Shown: positions 40,725-51,551 of the stretch, piece after piece | How the letters are laid out: every line of letters begins with the position of its first letter | Position numbering within the stretch: the stretch's first letter is position 1 | Assembly (NCBI GenBank): GCA_965662235.1 | Contig: CBFIGY010000001.1 | Span: 385,237-449,236 of the forward strand | Direction: 5' to 3' | Source: an uncultured bacterium | GTDB taxonomy: Bacteria; SAR324; NAC60-12 | DNA: 64,000 bases | Translations under genes and position numbers: made by a program | The notes under the pieces: generated by a model | Databases searched by the model: none | The model's input: only the letters and a program-made list of their open reading frames with translations | What the model was told of the DNA's origin: nothing

Positions 40725-40751
40725 TTAGCACTCCTTGCTTAAAAGTGCTAT
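40725..40751. promoter_or_regulatory. CIRCE element 1 upstream of groESL
   Basis: TTAGCACTC-N9-AAGTGCTAT. Confidence 0.88.
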
Positions 40752-40759
40752 TTTTCCTC

Positions 40760-40788
40760 TTGATTTCCCGCACCGGTTTCGTTAGCTT
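40760..40788 (+). promoter_or_regulatory. sigma70 promoter of groESL
   Basis: TTGATT-N17-TAGCTT located between the two CIRCEs. Confidence 0.65.
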
Positions 40789-40790
40789 AG

Positions 40791-40817
40791 TTAGCACTCA
40801 TCCATGGGGAATGCTAT
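40791..40817. promoter_or_regulatory. CIRCE element 2 upstream of groESL
   Basis: TTAGCACTC-N9-GAATGCTAT. Confidence 0.88.
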
Positions 40818-40895
40818 CAGCATTCTGGATATGTTGCCCTCCCGTCTCAGGGAGGCGTGTTTTTCAATAACCGGTTGATCCTGAACAGGAGGATT

Positions 40896-41180
40896 ATGCT
40901 CAAACCGTTGCAAGATCGTGTGCTGGTCAAGCGCATCGAGGCTGAAGAAAAAACCGCTGGTGGAATCATCATTCCCGACACGGCCAAAGAGAAGCCGCAA
41001 GAAGGGGAAGTGGTCGCAGTTGGCCCAGGCAAGCGTCTGGACAATGGCAGCGTCCAAGAAATGGGAGTTAAGGCCGGAGACCGCATTTTGTTCAGCAAGT
41101 ACGGTGGAACGGAAGTGAAGATGGACGGCCAGGAGTACCTGATCATGCGTGAGGACGACATCCTCGGCGTGGTCTCCTGA
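40896..41180 (+). CDS. groES: Co-chaperonin GroES
   Basis: [45 protein letters not shown]. Confidence 0.98.
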   Translation: MLKPLQDRVLVKRIEAEEKTAGGIIIPDTAKEKPQEGEVVAVGPGKRLDNGSVQEMGVKAGDRILFSKYGGTEVKMDGQEYLIMREDDILGVVS

Positions 41181-41190
41181 TCCTCTCTAA

Positions 41191-42864
<1,674 letters not shown>

Positions 42865-42892
42865 TTCCACTCAGTCCCAACTGAGGTTCCTG

Positions 42893-42928
42893 AAAGGCGG
42901 GCTCGCTTCGGCGGGTCCGCCTTTTTTT
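42893..42928 (+). terminator. Rho-independent terminator after groEL
   Basis: AAAGGCGGGCTCGC-TTCG-GCGGGTCCGCC-TTTTTTT. Confidence 0.9.
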
Positions 42929-42983
42929 GTTTGAAGGCCCCGGATAGCGTCGGGAGACTGCGGGGCTGCTTGGAACCTTCAGC

Positions 42984-43481
42984 TCAGCTGTGGTCGGTGA
43001 GGAACTTGCGTTCCATGATGTTGAGGGGAAGGTTGTGCTGCTGCTTGGCCCGAAGGAACTCGAGCTTCTCCTGAATGGCATCAAACGGATGAGCCTCCGC
43101 CCATGCCTGAGGATCGGTGGCAAGGTCCCGCAGGTTCTGCAGGGCTGGGGACTCTGGTGCCGTCTCCTGAGCAAACGCCAATCGGGTCAACGGTTGAAAG
43201 CGTCCGTCTGAAAACACCTTTCCAAAGTAGATGGTAATCTTCCCCGAGTGCGGGCTGACCATCGCGTGTGTGCGGGCAAACGGCACAAAGCGCACATCAA
43301 AGCAGTGCCCGTCCACAACCTCCGAGCGCAGTCCCAGCATCATGTTCCCCTGAATGTCCGCTTCAAACGGAGTCGCTGCAGCGTCAAAGAGGGTGCCAAG
43401 GACGGCTTCAAAGACCGGTCGAACGGTTTCCGGAAAGTGATTCTGAAACTCTCGGTTGGCGAGAAAGGTGGGCAGGTCCAT
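42984..43481 (-). CDS. Hypothetical protein (165 aa)
   Basis: TGATG-coupled to the ClC gene stop; no recognised motif. Confidence 0.75.
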   Translation of the reverse strand: MDLPTFLANREFQNHFPETVRPVFEAVLGTLFDAAATPFEADIQGNMMLGLRSEVVDGHCFDVRFVPFARTHAMVSPHSGKITIYFGKVFSDGRFQPLTRLAFAQETAPESPALQNLRDLATDPQAWAEAHPFDAIQEKLEFLRAKQQHNLPLNIMERKFLTDHS

Positions 43482-45259
43482 CAGGAAGATTGAATTTGGA
43501 GTTCACGCCGATAGTGGTCGAACAGGGTCGACTTGGAGAGCATTCCGAGGAAGCGCTCTTGGTCTGCGACCGGCAACGACCACGCCTTTGAAGACTCAAA
43601 CTTGTCCAGCGCCTTGCCAATTGGCTCAGAGAGGTCAATGACCGGCAGGCTTCGCATGATGGAGCCCATGGTCACAAGGTCATACAGAGTGGTGTCAAAG
43701 AGGTAGGAGCGGACGTCGTCCAGAAAGACCACCCCGACACAGGAATCCGTGCCCTCCTCGAGCACGGGGAAGTAGTTCCGGTGAGCCGTTTTGAAGACAC
43801 CAACAAACTCTCCCAGCAGCATTGTGTCCCGGATGGGGATGAAATCTTGGTCGAGGATGTCCCGGATGTTGAGGTTGTAGAGCAGGTGCTGGTCAGAGCC
43901 TCGCCGGATGAGGTGTCCTTGCGCAATCAGTTCCCGGGTGTACACGGAGCCGGTTTCAAAGTAGGAGCTGACGACCATGGCGCTGCTGGCAGTGAGCATC
44001 AGCGGCAGAATGAGCGAGTACCCCCGGGTGGCCTCCATGACGAGGAAGATCCCGGTGAGGGGACCGTGCATGACCGCAGTGACCATCCCGGCCATCCCGG
44101 CCAGCGAAAAGGCGGCTTCATGCTCCACCAGTCCCAGCGAGAGGTGCTGCATGACCATTCCAAACGCCAGCCCAACCCCGCTGCCAATCACCAAGCTGGG
44201 GGCAAAGACGCCTCCAATGCCTCCACTGCCCAGCGTCACGCCACAGGCGACAAACTTGAGAACGACGAACAGCAGGACAAACTCAAGGGTCATCAGGTCG
44301 GACTGATTGAGGAAGGTCTTCGTCATATCGTACCCTTCCGCAAGGACCTCCGGGAAGAAGAATCCCATCAGGCCGATGATGAGACCGCCGTAAGTGGCCC
44401 GGACCCAGCCCTTGGGCGAGAGGCGGTGGAAGATCTGCTCCCAGAAGGGCATGCTGCGGATGAAGGCGATGGAGACGAGTCCGGTAATCGCCCCCAGACC
44501 AATGCAGGCGACCAGCTCAACGGGGGTGAAGCCTGCCAACTCGTGCTGGAAGGTAATCTTGTTGCCCATCATCAGGCGAGACAGCTCTGTGGCGCTCACG
44601 GAGGCGATGATGGTTGGCAGCACCGTCAGGTACGTCCACTCTCCGACAATGATCTCGAGCGTGAAGATGAGTCCGGTCAGTGGCGCGTTGAAGATTCCCG
44701 AAACGGCGGCGGCCACCCCATAGCCAATCAGCAGCTTCTTGCGCCGCTCGTTGAGGTCTAGCCACCGTCCAATCACCGCGCCCCAGGCGCCTCCGATGCA
44801 GACGATGGGGCCTTCCAGTCCCGTGGAACCGCCACTTCCAACCGTCAGCAGGCTTCCGAAGAAGCGAGAGAAGATCATCCGGCGTCGTAGCACGCTGGAG
44901 CCGAGCGCCATCCCCTTGATCACGTCCGAGACCCCATGTCCGGAAAAGTCTCGGATGCCCCGCCGGATGAGAAACACAGCGGCCCCCATGCCAACAGCAG
45001 GGATGAAGATGCCCCACCACTGCGTGTCCTGTCCGTGCAGCAGGTGCCGGATGGTGTGGACGCTCCAGTTCAGGGCCACGGCCAGCGCCCCGCCCCCGAG
45101 TCCCAGCACCAAGGCACTGAGCATCATGACCAGAGTTTCTCGGGCAGAGACGCTTTGGAGTTGGGCAAAGACGTTGTGGTCGTCATCACCCGTGCCGAGC
45201 TTGGTGCGCGGCAGGTAGTCAGCGAGTTTTTTCTGCCAAGATGGATTGGAAGTGATCAA
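43481..45259 (-). CDS. ClC-family chloride channel/transporter with C-terminal CBS pair
   Basis: GHGVS, GLEGP, FNAPLTG, GGVFAPSL, SVY, CBS domains. Start uncertain; TTG at 45259 chosen. Confidence 0.9.
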   Translation of the reverse strand: MITSNPSWQKKLADYLPRTKLGTGDDDHNVFAQLQSVSARETLVMMLSALVLGLGGGALAVALNWSVHTIRHLLHGQDTQWWGIFIPAVGMGAAVFLIRRGIRDFSGHGVSDVIKGMALGSSVLRRRMIFSRFFGSLLTVGSGGSTGLEGPIVCIGGAWGAVIGRWLDLNERRKKLLIGYGVAAAVSGIFNAPLTGLIFTLEIIVGEWTYLTVLPTIIASVSATELSRLMMGNKITFQHELAGFTPVELVACIGLGAITGLVSIAFIRSMPFWEQIFHRLSPKGWVRATYGGLIIGLMGFFFPEVLAEGYDMTKTFLNQSDLMTLEFVLLFVVLKFVACGVTLGSGGIGGVFAPSLVIGSGVGLAFGMVMQHLSLGLVEHEAAFSLAGMAGMVTAVMHGPLTGIFLVMEATRGYSLILPLMLTASSAMVVSSYFETGSVYTRELIAQGHLIRRGSDQHLLYNLNIRDILDQDFIPIRDTMLLGEFVGVFKTAHRNYFPVLEEGTDSCVGVVFLDDVRSYLFDTTLYDLVTMGSIMRSLPVIDLSEPIGKALDKFESSKAWSLPVADQERFLGMLSKSTLFDHYRRELQIQSS

Positions 45260-45899
45260 GGAGCTGCTCGGAGGAGTAAGGCTGGCGTAAGGAGGAGGCG
45301 AGGTTGTCGTCTCGAACGAGGTGTGCAACTTGAGAGAGCAGGCGCAGGTGATGGGTGGCGACGGCACTCAGCAGCACAAAGGCGACAAAGACCGGCTCGC
45401 CATCTGAGGCCTGAAAGTCAACCGGATGCTCCGGATAGCAGGTGGCCACCAAAGAGTCCTTGAGGTCGAGGAGCCCGGGGAAGCGAGGGTGCGGCACCGC
45501 GACGCCGTTGCCGATTCCAGTGGTCGAGAGGGCCTCTCGCTCCAGCAGGTCCTGAGCGAGGTGGTCCGGAAGCTTCAGCTCCTGCGTCAGTCGCTTGCCA
45601 ATGTCGGTGAGGAAGGCTTCCTTGCTGTCTGAGGCGAGGTTCGTGTGCACCCCTCCCAGCCGCAGCGCCCGGATCAGGTCCGTCTCCGTCCGCTGGATCT
45701 GCTCCTTCTCTTCAATGTACAGGTGCTTGGACTTCGCCCAAGCGAGGAGGGTCTCTTTACGGAAGAGGTACTCCCCGTTGCGTAGGGTGCAGGGAATTTC
45801 GCCTAAGCGAATCCAGCGCTGGAGGGTGGGCTCCGGAATCCGGAGGAGTTGCACTACATCGGCAACCTTGAGTTGCTGAACCGTGCTCTGGAATGCCAC
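45219..45899 (-). CDS. PTS EIIA(Ntr)-like protein with N-terminal excisionase-type HTH
   Basis: LKVADVVQLLRIPEPTLQRWIRLGEIP..YLF (HTH_17-like); EREALSTTGIGNGVAVPHPR, DGEPV, HLRLLS. Confidence 0.9.
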   Translation of the reverse strand: MAFQSTVQQLKVADVVQLLRIPEPTLQRWIRLGEIPCTLRNGEYLFRKETLLAWAKSKHLYIEEKEQIQRTETDLIRALRLGGVHTNLASDSKEAFLTDIGKRLTQELKLPDHLAQDLLEREALSTTGIGNGVAVPHPRFPGLLDLKDSLVATCYPEHPVDFQASDGEPVFVAFVLLSAVATHHLRLLSQVAHLVRDDNLASSLRQPYSSEQLLDHFQSILAEKTR

Positions 45900-45985
45900 T
45901 TAACTGTTCCTGAGAAAAGGGCTTGAGAGATCAGGTAGTCAATCCTCCTACTCTAGCATTGAAAGTCCGGTTTGTGAAGGTCCTG

Positions 45986-47329
45986 TTAGCCAGACAGGGC
46001 AAACCCTTCCACCAGAAGCGCCGGAATGAAGAGGTGCGACAGGTTGGGCTGGTACGCATTTCCGGTCCCCTTGATCTGGGTGAGGAGGTCAAAGAAGTTC
46101 CCGGCAATGGTGATGCTGTCAACGGGTTGCACCCGCTGTCCGTTGCGCATCAAAAAGCCCTGCACCCCAATCGAGATGTCCCCACTGACGGGATTGCACC
46201 CGGCCGCGCCTTCCAGTTGCGTCACCAGCAGGCACTCTTCCGGTGCCGCACAGAGCGCGTCCAACGACACGGAACCAGTGGGCCAGACGAGGTTGTGCAT
46301 CTTCGTAGAGATGCCCCCGGAGTAGCTGCGCCCGGCGTGTCCGGTCGAGGAACGCTGGTCCCGGAGTCCGGACTCCACGTGGTAGAGGAAGTTGGTGAAG
46401 ACGCCGTTTTCAATCAGAGGCCTTGGCTGAGTGAGCACCCCTTCAGCATCGACAAACCGAGAGCGTGAGCCTCCGGGACGGTGGGGGTCGTCCAGCAGCG
46501 TCAGGTTGGTGTCAGCGATCGTCTCGCCAAGTCGTCCCTTGAGGCGGGACATGCCCCGCTGGGCCGACTCCGCTGAGAAGGCGCCAAAGTACATGCCCAG
46601 CAGCCGCGGCGCCGTGTACTCATCCAGCACCACCGGCAAGCGTCCGCTAGGAATCGGCTGGGCGCTGATCAGTTCCGCGGCTTTCTGAACCGCGGTTTCT
46701 GCTGTTGCTCGGGCGGCTTCCGGTTTCCAGGTACGGTCGCTCCAGAAGTGCATCCCAGACTTGCGCCGGTCGTCTTCCTGAAGCAAGGCCCCGCAGTAGG
46801 CACTGACGTTGTTGCCCCGCTGGTGGTAGTGCAGGCCTCGGGTGTTGACCAGCAGCAGCTCGCCGCTGCCTCGGGAAGCACCGAGGTACGGGATCGCGGT
46901 GACCCGTGAATCCTTGGCTTGGGCAGCTGCTTCCATTTCCAGCCCGAATTCTGTCAGCTCCTTGGCCGTCAGCTGCTCCAGTTCCGGGGCATACAGCCCC
47001 AGCGATTCAGCATCCGGGAGGTCTGCTGACACCTCTGGGAGGAAAACCCCGGTTTCATCCTGCAGCAGCGCGTTTTCACAGGCATTTGCAAAGGCTCGGT
47101 CAATGGCCTCTTCATCCAGTCGTTCAGTGGAGGCGGTTCCGGACCGTCCGTCTCGGATGACGCGGATGCCGAGTCCGAGGTTGGTGGACTGTTCGATTTT
47201 TTCAGCCCGTCCGTTGCGGATCTCTACATCCAGGGACTCTTCCCGTTCAATGAGGGCATCGACTTCGCGGAAGCCTCCCTGTTCGGCAAGGCGCAGAACG
47301 TGGGCGGCAGCTTGTTCAGGAGTGAGCAT
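45986..47329 (-). CDS. pmbA: TldE/PmbA-family protein (copy 2)
   Basis: GLGIRV, SRFVDAEG, STGHAGR, NPVSGDIS, ITIAGNF. Start at ATG 47329. Confidence 0.9.
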   Translation of the reverse strand: MLTPEQAAAHVLRLAEQGGFREVDALIEREESLDVEIRNGRAEKIEQSTNLGLGIRVIRDGRSGTASTERLDEEAIDRAFANACENALLQDETGVFLPEVSADLPDAESLGLYAPELEQLTAKELTEFGLEMEAAAQAKDSRVTAIPYLGASRGSGELLLVNTRGLHYHQRGNNVSAYCGALLQEDDRRKSGMHFWSDRTWKPEAARATAETAVQKAAELISAQPIPSGRLPVVLDEYTAPRLLGMYFGAFSAESAQRGMSRLKGRLGETIADTNLTLLDDPHRPGGSRSRFVDAEGVLTQPRPLIENGVFTNFLYHVESGLRDQRSSTGHAGRSYSGGISTKMHNLVWPTGSVSLDALCAAPEECLLVTQLEGAAGCNPVSGDISIGVQGFLMRNGQRVQPVDSITIAGNFFDLLTQIKGTGNAYQPNLSHLFIPALLVEGFALSG

Positions 47330-48708
47330 CAGCGACCTCCGACAAGAATGGAGTCGATCTTCAGTGTGGGCTGTCCCACGGTGGTGGGAACCCAGCCGCT
47401 GGCCGCGCCACACATGCCTGCAGCCAGCTCGAGGTCGTTGGCAATCATGGAAATCTTCGGGAGCACCTCGTGACCCTTGCCAATGAGGGTGGCGCCACGG
47501 ACGGGTTCGGCAATGCGTCCGTTGCGGATGATGTATCCTTCCTGAACGGCAAAGTTGAACTCACCGGTGGCCGGATTCACGGAACCGCCGCCCATCTTTT
47601 TGGCATAAAGTCCATAGTCAATGGAGCCCAGCATCTGCTCCACGGTGTGGGGTCCGGGGGCAATGAAGGTGTTCCGCATCCGAGACACCGGAGCATACTT
47701 GTACGACTCCCGTCGGGCAGAACCGGTGCGAGCCACTCCCACCTGGTGGGAACCGATGCGGTCCGAGAGGTAACCCTTGAGGATGCCATTTTCGATCAAA
47801 ACGGTCCGTTGGGTGGGCTGCCCTTCGTCATCGACGTTCAGGGAGCCCCAGCTGTTTGGGATGGTTCCATCGTCCACGGCAGTCAGGACGGAGCTGGCCA
47901 CCTGCTGTCCCACCTTCCCGCAGAACGGAGAGGCGTTTTTGCGGATGGCTTCGGTCTCCAGCGGGTGCCCGCAGGCCTCATGGAAGATGACGCCTCCGAA
48001 TCCGTTCCCCAGCACCACCGGGATGGTTCCCCCGTTGATGTAACCGGCGTCGGCCATGAGCAGCGCCGACTGTGCCGCTCCGGAAGCCAGGGCCTCGAGG
48101 TCTAGGCTTTCGAAAAACTCGTACCCTCCCAGCACGCCGGGACTTTCGGAGCCCGTCTGGGGGCCGTCTCCTTTTTCGGCAACGGCTGCAAGACGCATCC
48201 GGGAGTAGCGTCGGGAATCCTCCACCCACAGGCCATCGCTGTTGGCAATGAGCACGGATCGTTGCTTTTCCACCATGCCGGCGCTGACCTGCACAATGGC
48301 TTCACCTTGCTCCCGGGTCAGGGTGTCGAGGTGCCGGAGCAGTTCCACCCGCTGCTTCTTGTCAATGGTCTCCGGATTGATGGCCACGTGGTGGACGTCT
48401 TCCACCGACTGGTGCTGGAGGGATGTGCCGTCTCCGGGAGCTCCTTCTTGCTGCGCCTGTCCCAGGTTGCGGGTCAGGGCCAAGAGGTTGTCTTCAGCAG
48501 GATCGCTGCTGTAACCGTAGTAAACATCGTCTCCATAGAGCAGGCGGATGCCGACCCCAAAGGAATTGGAAGAACTGATTTCGTCAATCTTGCGGTCCAG
48601 CAGCCCAAGGTTCGAGGACACGGAGTCTTCAACAAAGACCTCGACAAAGTCCGCTCCTCGGCTGCGGCCCAGCTCTAGGATGTGAGAAACAGTGGATTCA
48701 GCAAGCAT
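47329..48708 (-). CDS. tldD: TldD metalloprotease (copy 2)
   Basis: GVIFHEACGHPLE, DDEG, RRESY, RMRNT, GGGSVNP, GMCGAASGWVP..VGQP. Start at ATG 48708. Confidence 0.93.
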   Translation of the reverse strand: MLAESTVSHILELGRSRGADFVEVFVEDSVSSNLGLLDRKIDEISSSNSFGVGIRLLYGDDVYYGYSSDPAEDNLLALTRNLGQAQQEGAPGDGTSLQHQSVEDVHHVAINPETIDKKQRVELLRHLDTLTREQGEAIVQVSAGMVEKQRSVLIANSDGLWVEDSRRYSRMRLAAVAEKGDGPQTGSESPGVLGGYEFFESLDLEALASGAAQSALLMADAGYINGGTIPVVLGNGFGGVIFHEACGHPLETEAIRKNASPFCGKVGQQVASSVLTAVDDGTIPNSWGSLNVDDEGQPTQRTVLIENGILKGYLSDRIGSHQVGVARTGSARRESYKYAPVSRMRNTFIAPGPHTVEQMLGSIDYGLYAKKMGGGSVNPATGEFNFAVQEGYIIRNGRIAEPVRGATLIGKGHEVLPKISMIANDLELAAGMCGAASGWVPTTVGQPTLKIDSILVGGR

Positions 48709-48873
48709 GTGTTTCCAGCAGGAAAAGGGTGTCCGTTGGCGCAAACGCGATGATGTCAGCAGTGTACGGGCTTGGGAAGTTCATGGCAAGAAGGCTTCAG
48801 CGCAAAAGAGGGGTGGCTGGGACCCCTCCAGAGCACGAACCACGCGCCTGGGGAGGTCCGGAGCGCCGTTGGG

Positions 48874-49533
48874 CTAGATTCCCACTGTGAGCTGGTCAAA
48901 CAGCTCCTGGCTGATGTACTGAGGCGTGTACGCTCCGCCTTGGGCCCTGAGGTCGGTGTAAAAGCGCTTCAGGTGGTTGACGGAGCCCCTGCGGAGGTTG
49001 GTGAAGACGAACTGAATGTCCTCATTGTCATTCCGGGTGAGGATCTCATCAATGTCGTAGATGTCGACATCCTCAATCGTCATGCCCACCTGCAGGGCGT
49101 CCATCTCAGACTGCTCCCCTTTTGTCATCAAGGACTCAAACAGGGCACTGATCTGAGCATTCTCAAAGCGTCCAACGTCGCTTTGTGCAGGGTCCACTAG
49201 GTCATAGCGGTTGATCAGCTGGGCGACAGCATCCATGTGCTTCTGTTCGCTGGGCATGATCTGCCCGAAGGCGCTCAGGCCCCATTTTTTGTCCAGCAGC
49301 GTGTAGACGTCTCGTGCCAGCTTTTCCTCTTCACGAATCTGGAGGATGCCGGACTCTTCCTCCTCGCTTAAGGACTCCAGCGGGAACGCGCTCAGGCCCG
49401 GCGGGGTGCTCTCCAACAAACCACCGCCACCGGAGGAGCAGGCCCCCAGCCCAATGGCCGCTAGGGAGGCAAGGAAGCTCCGGCGGCGTAGGCGACTGGA
49501 GGAATTCAGGGATGGGGGGCGTATCAAAGTCAT
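48874..49533 (-). CDS. DUF2202 ferritin-like protein with Tat/lipoprotein signal
   Basis: RRRSFL twin-Arg, LGAC lipobox, REEEKLARDVY, SEQKH, IEDVDI, GSVNHLKRF, YTPQYISQE. Confidence 0.88.
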   Translation of the reverse strand: MTLIRPPSLNSSSRLRRRSFLASLAAIGLGACSSGGGGLLESTPPGLSAFPLESLSEEEESGILQIREEEKLARDVYTLLDKKWGLSAFGQIMPSEQKHMDAVAQLINRYDLVDPAQSDVGRFENAQISALFESLMTKGEQSEMDALQVGMTIEDVDIYDIDEILTRNDNEDIQFVFTNLRRGSVNHLKRFYTDLRAQGGAYTPQYISQELFDQLTVGI

Positions 49534-49652
49534 GGGAACCTCTTGGTGAATCAGGGGTTAAATCGTTTGCAATCTGTTTACAGGGTAGCAAGAAAATGTG
49601 GAGGAAATATAAAGGGGCACGCCAGCACTTCAGTGGGAGGAGGAGGGTTCAT

Positions 49653-49799
49653 GTGACCCCAGCACAACCGCACCGGTTTCCTCATCAAAGTCCACGGAAA
49701 TGGGATCGGAACGCTCTCCTGCAAATTGTCCAGACCGGTCATAGCCCCACCACTTTTGAAGGCAACGAGCTCCGTAAATCCTTCTTGGAAGCAGGTTGA
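49653..49799 (+). CDS. Possible small protein (48 aa)
   Basis: Strong SD GGAGGAGGAGG followed by ATGTGA; the GTG frame reads VTPAQPHRF...RKSFLEAG*. No family recognised. Confidence 0.35.
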   Translation: MTPAQPHRFPHQSPRKWDRNALLQIVQTGHSPTTFEGNELRKSFLEAG

Positions 49800-49975
49800 A
49801 ACGTCAACCACAGAAAGGCGTGTTACTTTTTCAGAGGAAGGTTGGGGTCTTTCCTTGAGTATTGAGGGCGAGGTGATAGCTTCGGTGGACCAAAAAGGGG
49901 AGCGGGTCTCCGGGATCCGTCTTTTCGACACAGGGGCCGCGGCGTGGCGGGTCCCGGAATTTACTGGAGATGTTG

Positions 49976-50986
49976 ATGAAGAAGAAAATTCGTTGGGGCG
50001 TACTCAGTACGGCAAAAATTGGCCGGGAGAAGGTCATTCCTGCGATGCAGCACAGTCCAACCGGGACCATCCAGGCGCTGGCCAGTCGCGACCTAGCTCG
50101 GGCAAAGGTGGTGACCGAGCAGCTGGAGATTCCCAAGGCGTATGGCTCCTACGAGGAGCTACTCGCTGATCCGGAGATTGATGCCATCTACAATCCGCTG
50201 CCCAATCACCTTCATGTCCCCTTGACGATTCAAGCCGCCCGCGCAGGCAAGCATGTGCTGTGTGAGAAGCCCCTTGCGCTCACAGCTGAAGAGGCGAAGG
50301 AGCTGATGGTGGTGCAGCAGGAAACGTCTGTCCTGATTGTCGAAGCCTTCATGGTTCGGTCGCATCCGCAGTGGCAGTGGGTCCGGGAACGTGTGCAGGC
50401 TCGTGACATTGGGGACCTGCAGGCGATCCAAGCGGCGTTTTCTTACTTCAACGACGATCCTGAGAACGTCCGGAACCAGTCAGACATTGGCGGCGGCGGC
50501 ATTTACGACATCGGGTGCTACCCCGTGGTGATCAGCCGGTACCTGTTCAACGAGGAGCCCGATTCCGTCGCCGCGATTGTCCAGCGGGACCCCACATTTG
50601 GGACCGATCGACTGGCGTCGGCGCTGCTCCGTTTTCCGTCCGGAGGACAGGCCAGCTTCATCTGCAGCACGCAACTGGTGCCGTATCAGCGGGTGCAGGT
50701 GTATGGCTCAAAGCGTCGCATTGAGGTGGAGATCCCCTTTAACGCTTTGGTGGACCACCCCAGCCGCGTGTTCATGGACGACGGCAAGTACCCGCATGAT
50801 CGCTTTCGGGTCATCACGGACTTCCCCGCGGTCAATCAGTACACCGAGCAGGCCCGGGACTTTGAGGACCGTGTGCTGAAGGGGCACATCGACTCCGGAC
50901 CCCTGCGAGACGCGATTGCCAACATGAAGGTCATCGACGCCCTCTACCGAGCGGGCGAGTCTGGAACGTGGGAGCCCGTTGGATGA
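49976..50986 (+). CDS. Gfo/Idh/MocA-family oxidoreductase
   Basis: RWGVLSTAKIG, YNPLPNHLH, GKHVLCEKP, GGGIYDIGCY. Confidence 0.95.
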   Translation: MKKKIRWGVLSTAKIGREKVIPAMQHSPTGTIQALASRDLARAKVVTEQLEIPKAYGSYEELLADPEIDAIYNPLPNHLHVPLTIQAARAGKHVLCEKPLALTAEEAKELMVVQQETSVLIVEAFMVRSHPQWQWVRERVQARDIGDLQAIQAAFSYFNDDPENVRNQSDIGGGGIYDIGCYPVVISRYLFNEEPDSVAAIVQRDPTFGTDRLASALLRFPSGGQASFICSTQLVPYQRVQVYGSKRRIEVEIPFNALVDHPSRVFMDDGKYPHDRFRVITDFPAVNQYTEQARDFEDRVLKGHIDSGPLRDAIANMKVIDALYRAGESGTWEPVG

Positions 50987-51002
50987 CGCCAGGGAGGTCC
51001 CG

Positions 51003-51551
51003 GTGACGGAGCCACAACTGGCTTTTGTCACCTCAAATGAAAACAAGCGCCGCGAACTGGAGGAGCTGCTGGGGCAGCCGTTGGGCAAGGTGGCGCTGGA
51101 ACTGGAGGAAATTCAGACGTCAGTTCTGGAGGACATCACTCGCCACAAGCTGAAGGCCGCCTTCCAAGCGGTGCAGGGGCCAGTGGTGGTGGAAGACACG
51201 TCCCTGTACTTTGAAGCGTGGAACCAGCTTCCGGGGCCGCTCATCAAGTGGTTTTTGCAGAACATGGGGGTGGAAGGACTGGTGCAGGCGCTGACGCCGT
51301 TTGACACCTTTCGGGCCACAGCCGTCTGCTGCATGGGGTACACGGAAGATGGCGAGACCCTGCACCTGTTCCGCGGTGAGGTGCTTGGAACCGTGGTGCC
51401 GCCTCGAGGATCACGGGCGTTTGGGTGGGATCCGCTCTTTCAGCCAGAGGGAAGCGCCCAGACCTTTGGGGAAATGCCGCCTGCCGAAAAGCACCAGTGG
51501 TCCATGCGCGCCCGCGCAGCCGCCCAGCTCAGGTCGTTCCTGGAGCGGTGA
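51003..51551 (+). CDS. Non-canonical purine NTP pyrophosphatase (ITPase/HAM1)
   Basis: FVTSNENK, EDTSL, LPGPLIKWF, FGWDPLF, EK...SMR; SD GGAGG before GTG at 51003. Confidence 0.93.
   Translation: MTEPQLAFVTSNENKRRELEELLGQPLGKVALELEEIQTSVLEDITRHKLKAAFQAVQGPVVVEDTSLYFEAWNQLPGPLIKWFLQNMGVEGLVQALTPFDTFRATAVCCMGYTEDGETLHLFRGEVLGTVVPPRGSRAFGWDPLFQPEGSAQTFGEMPPAEKHQWSMRARAAAQLRSFLER

Noticed and set aside
45700..45899. Prophage excisionase
   Set aside because: The HTH is fused to an EIIA domain; no integrase or att site.
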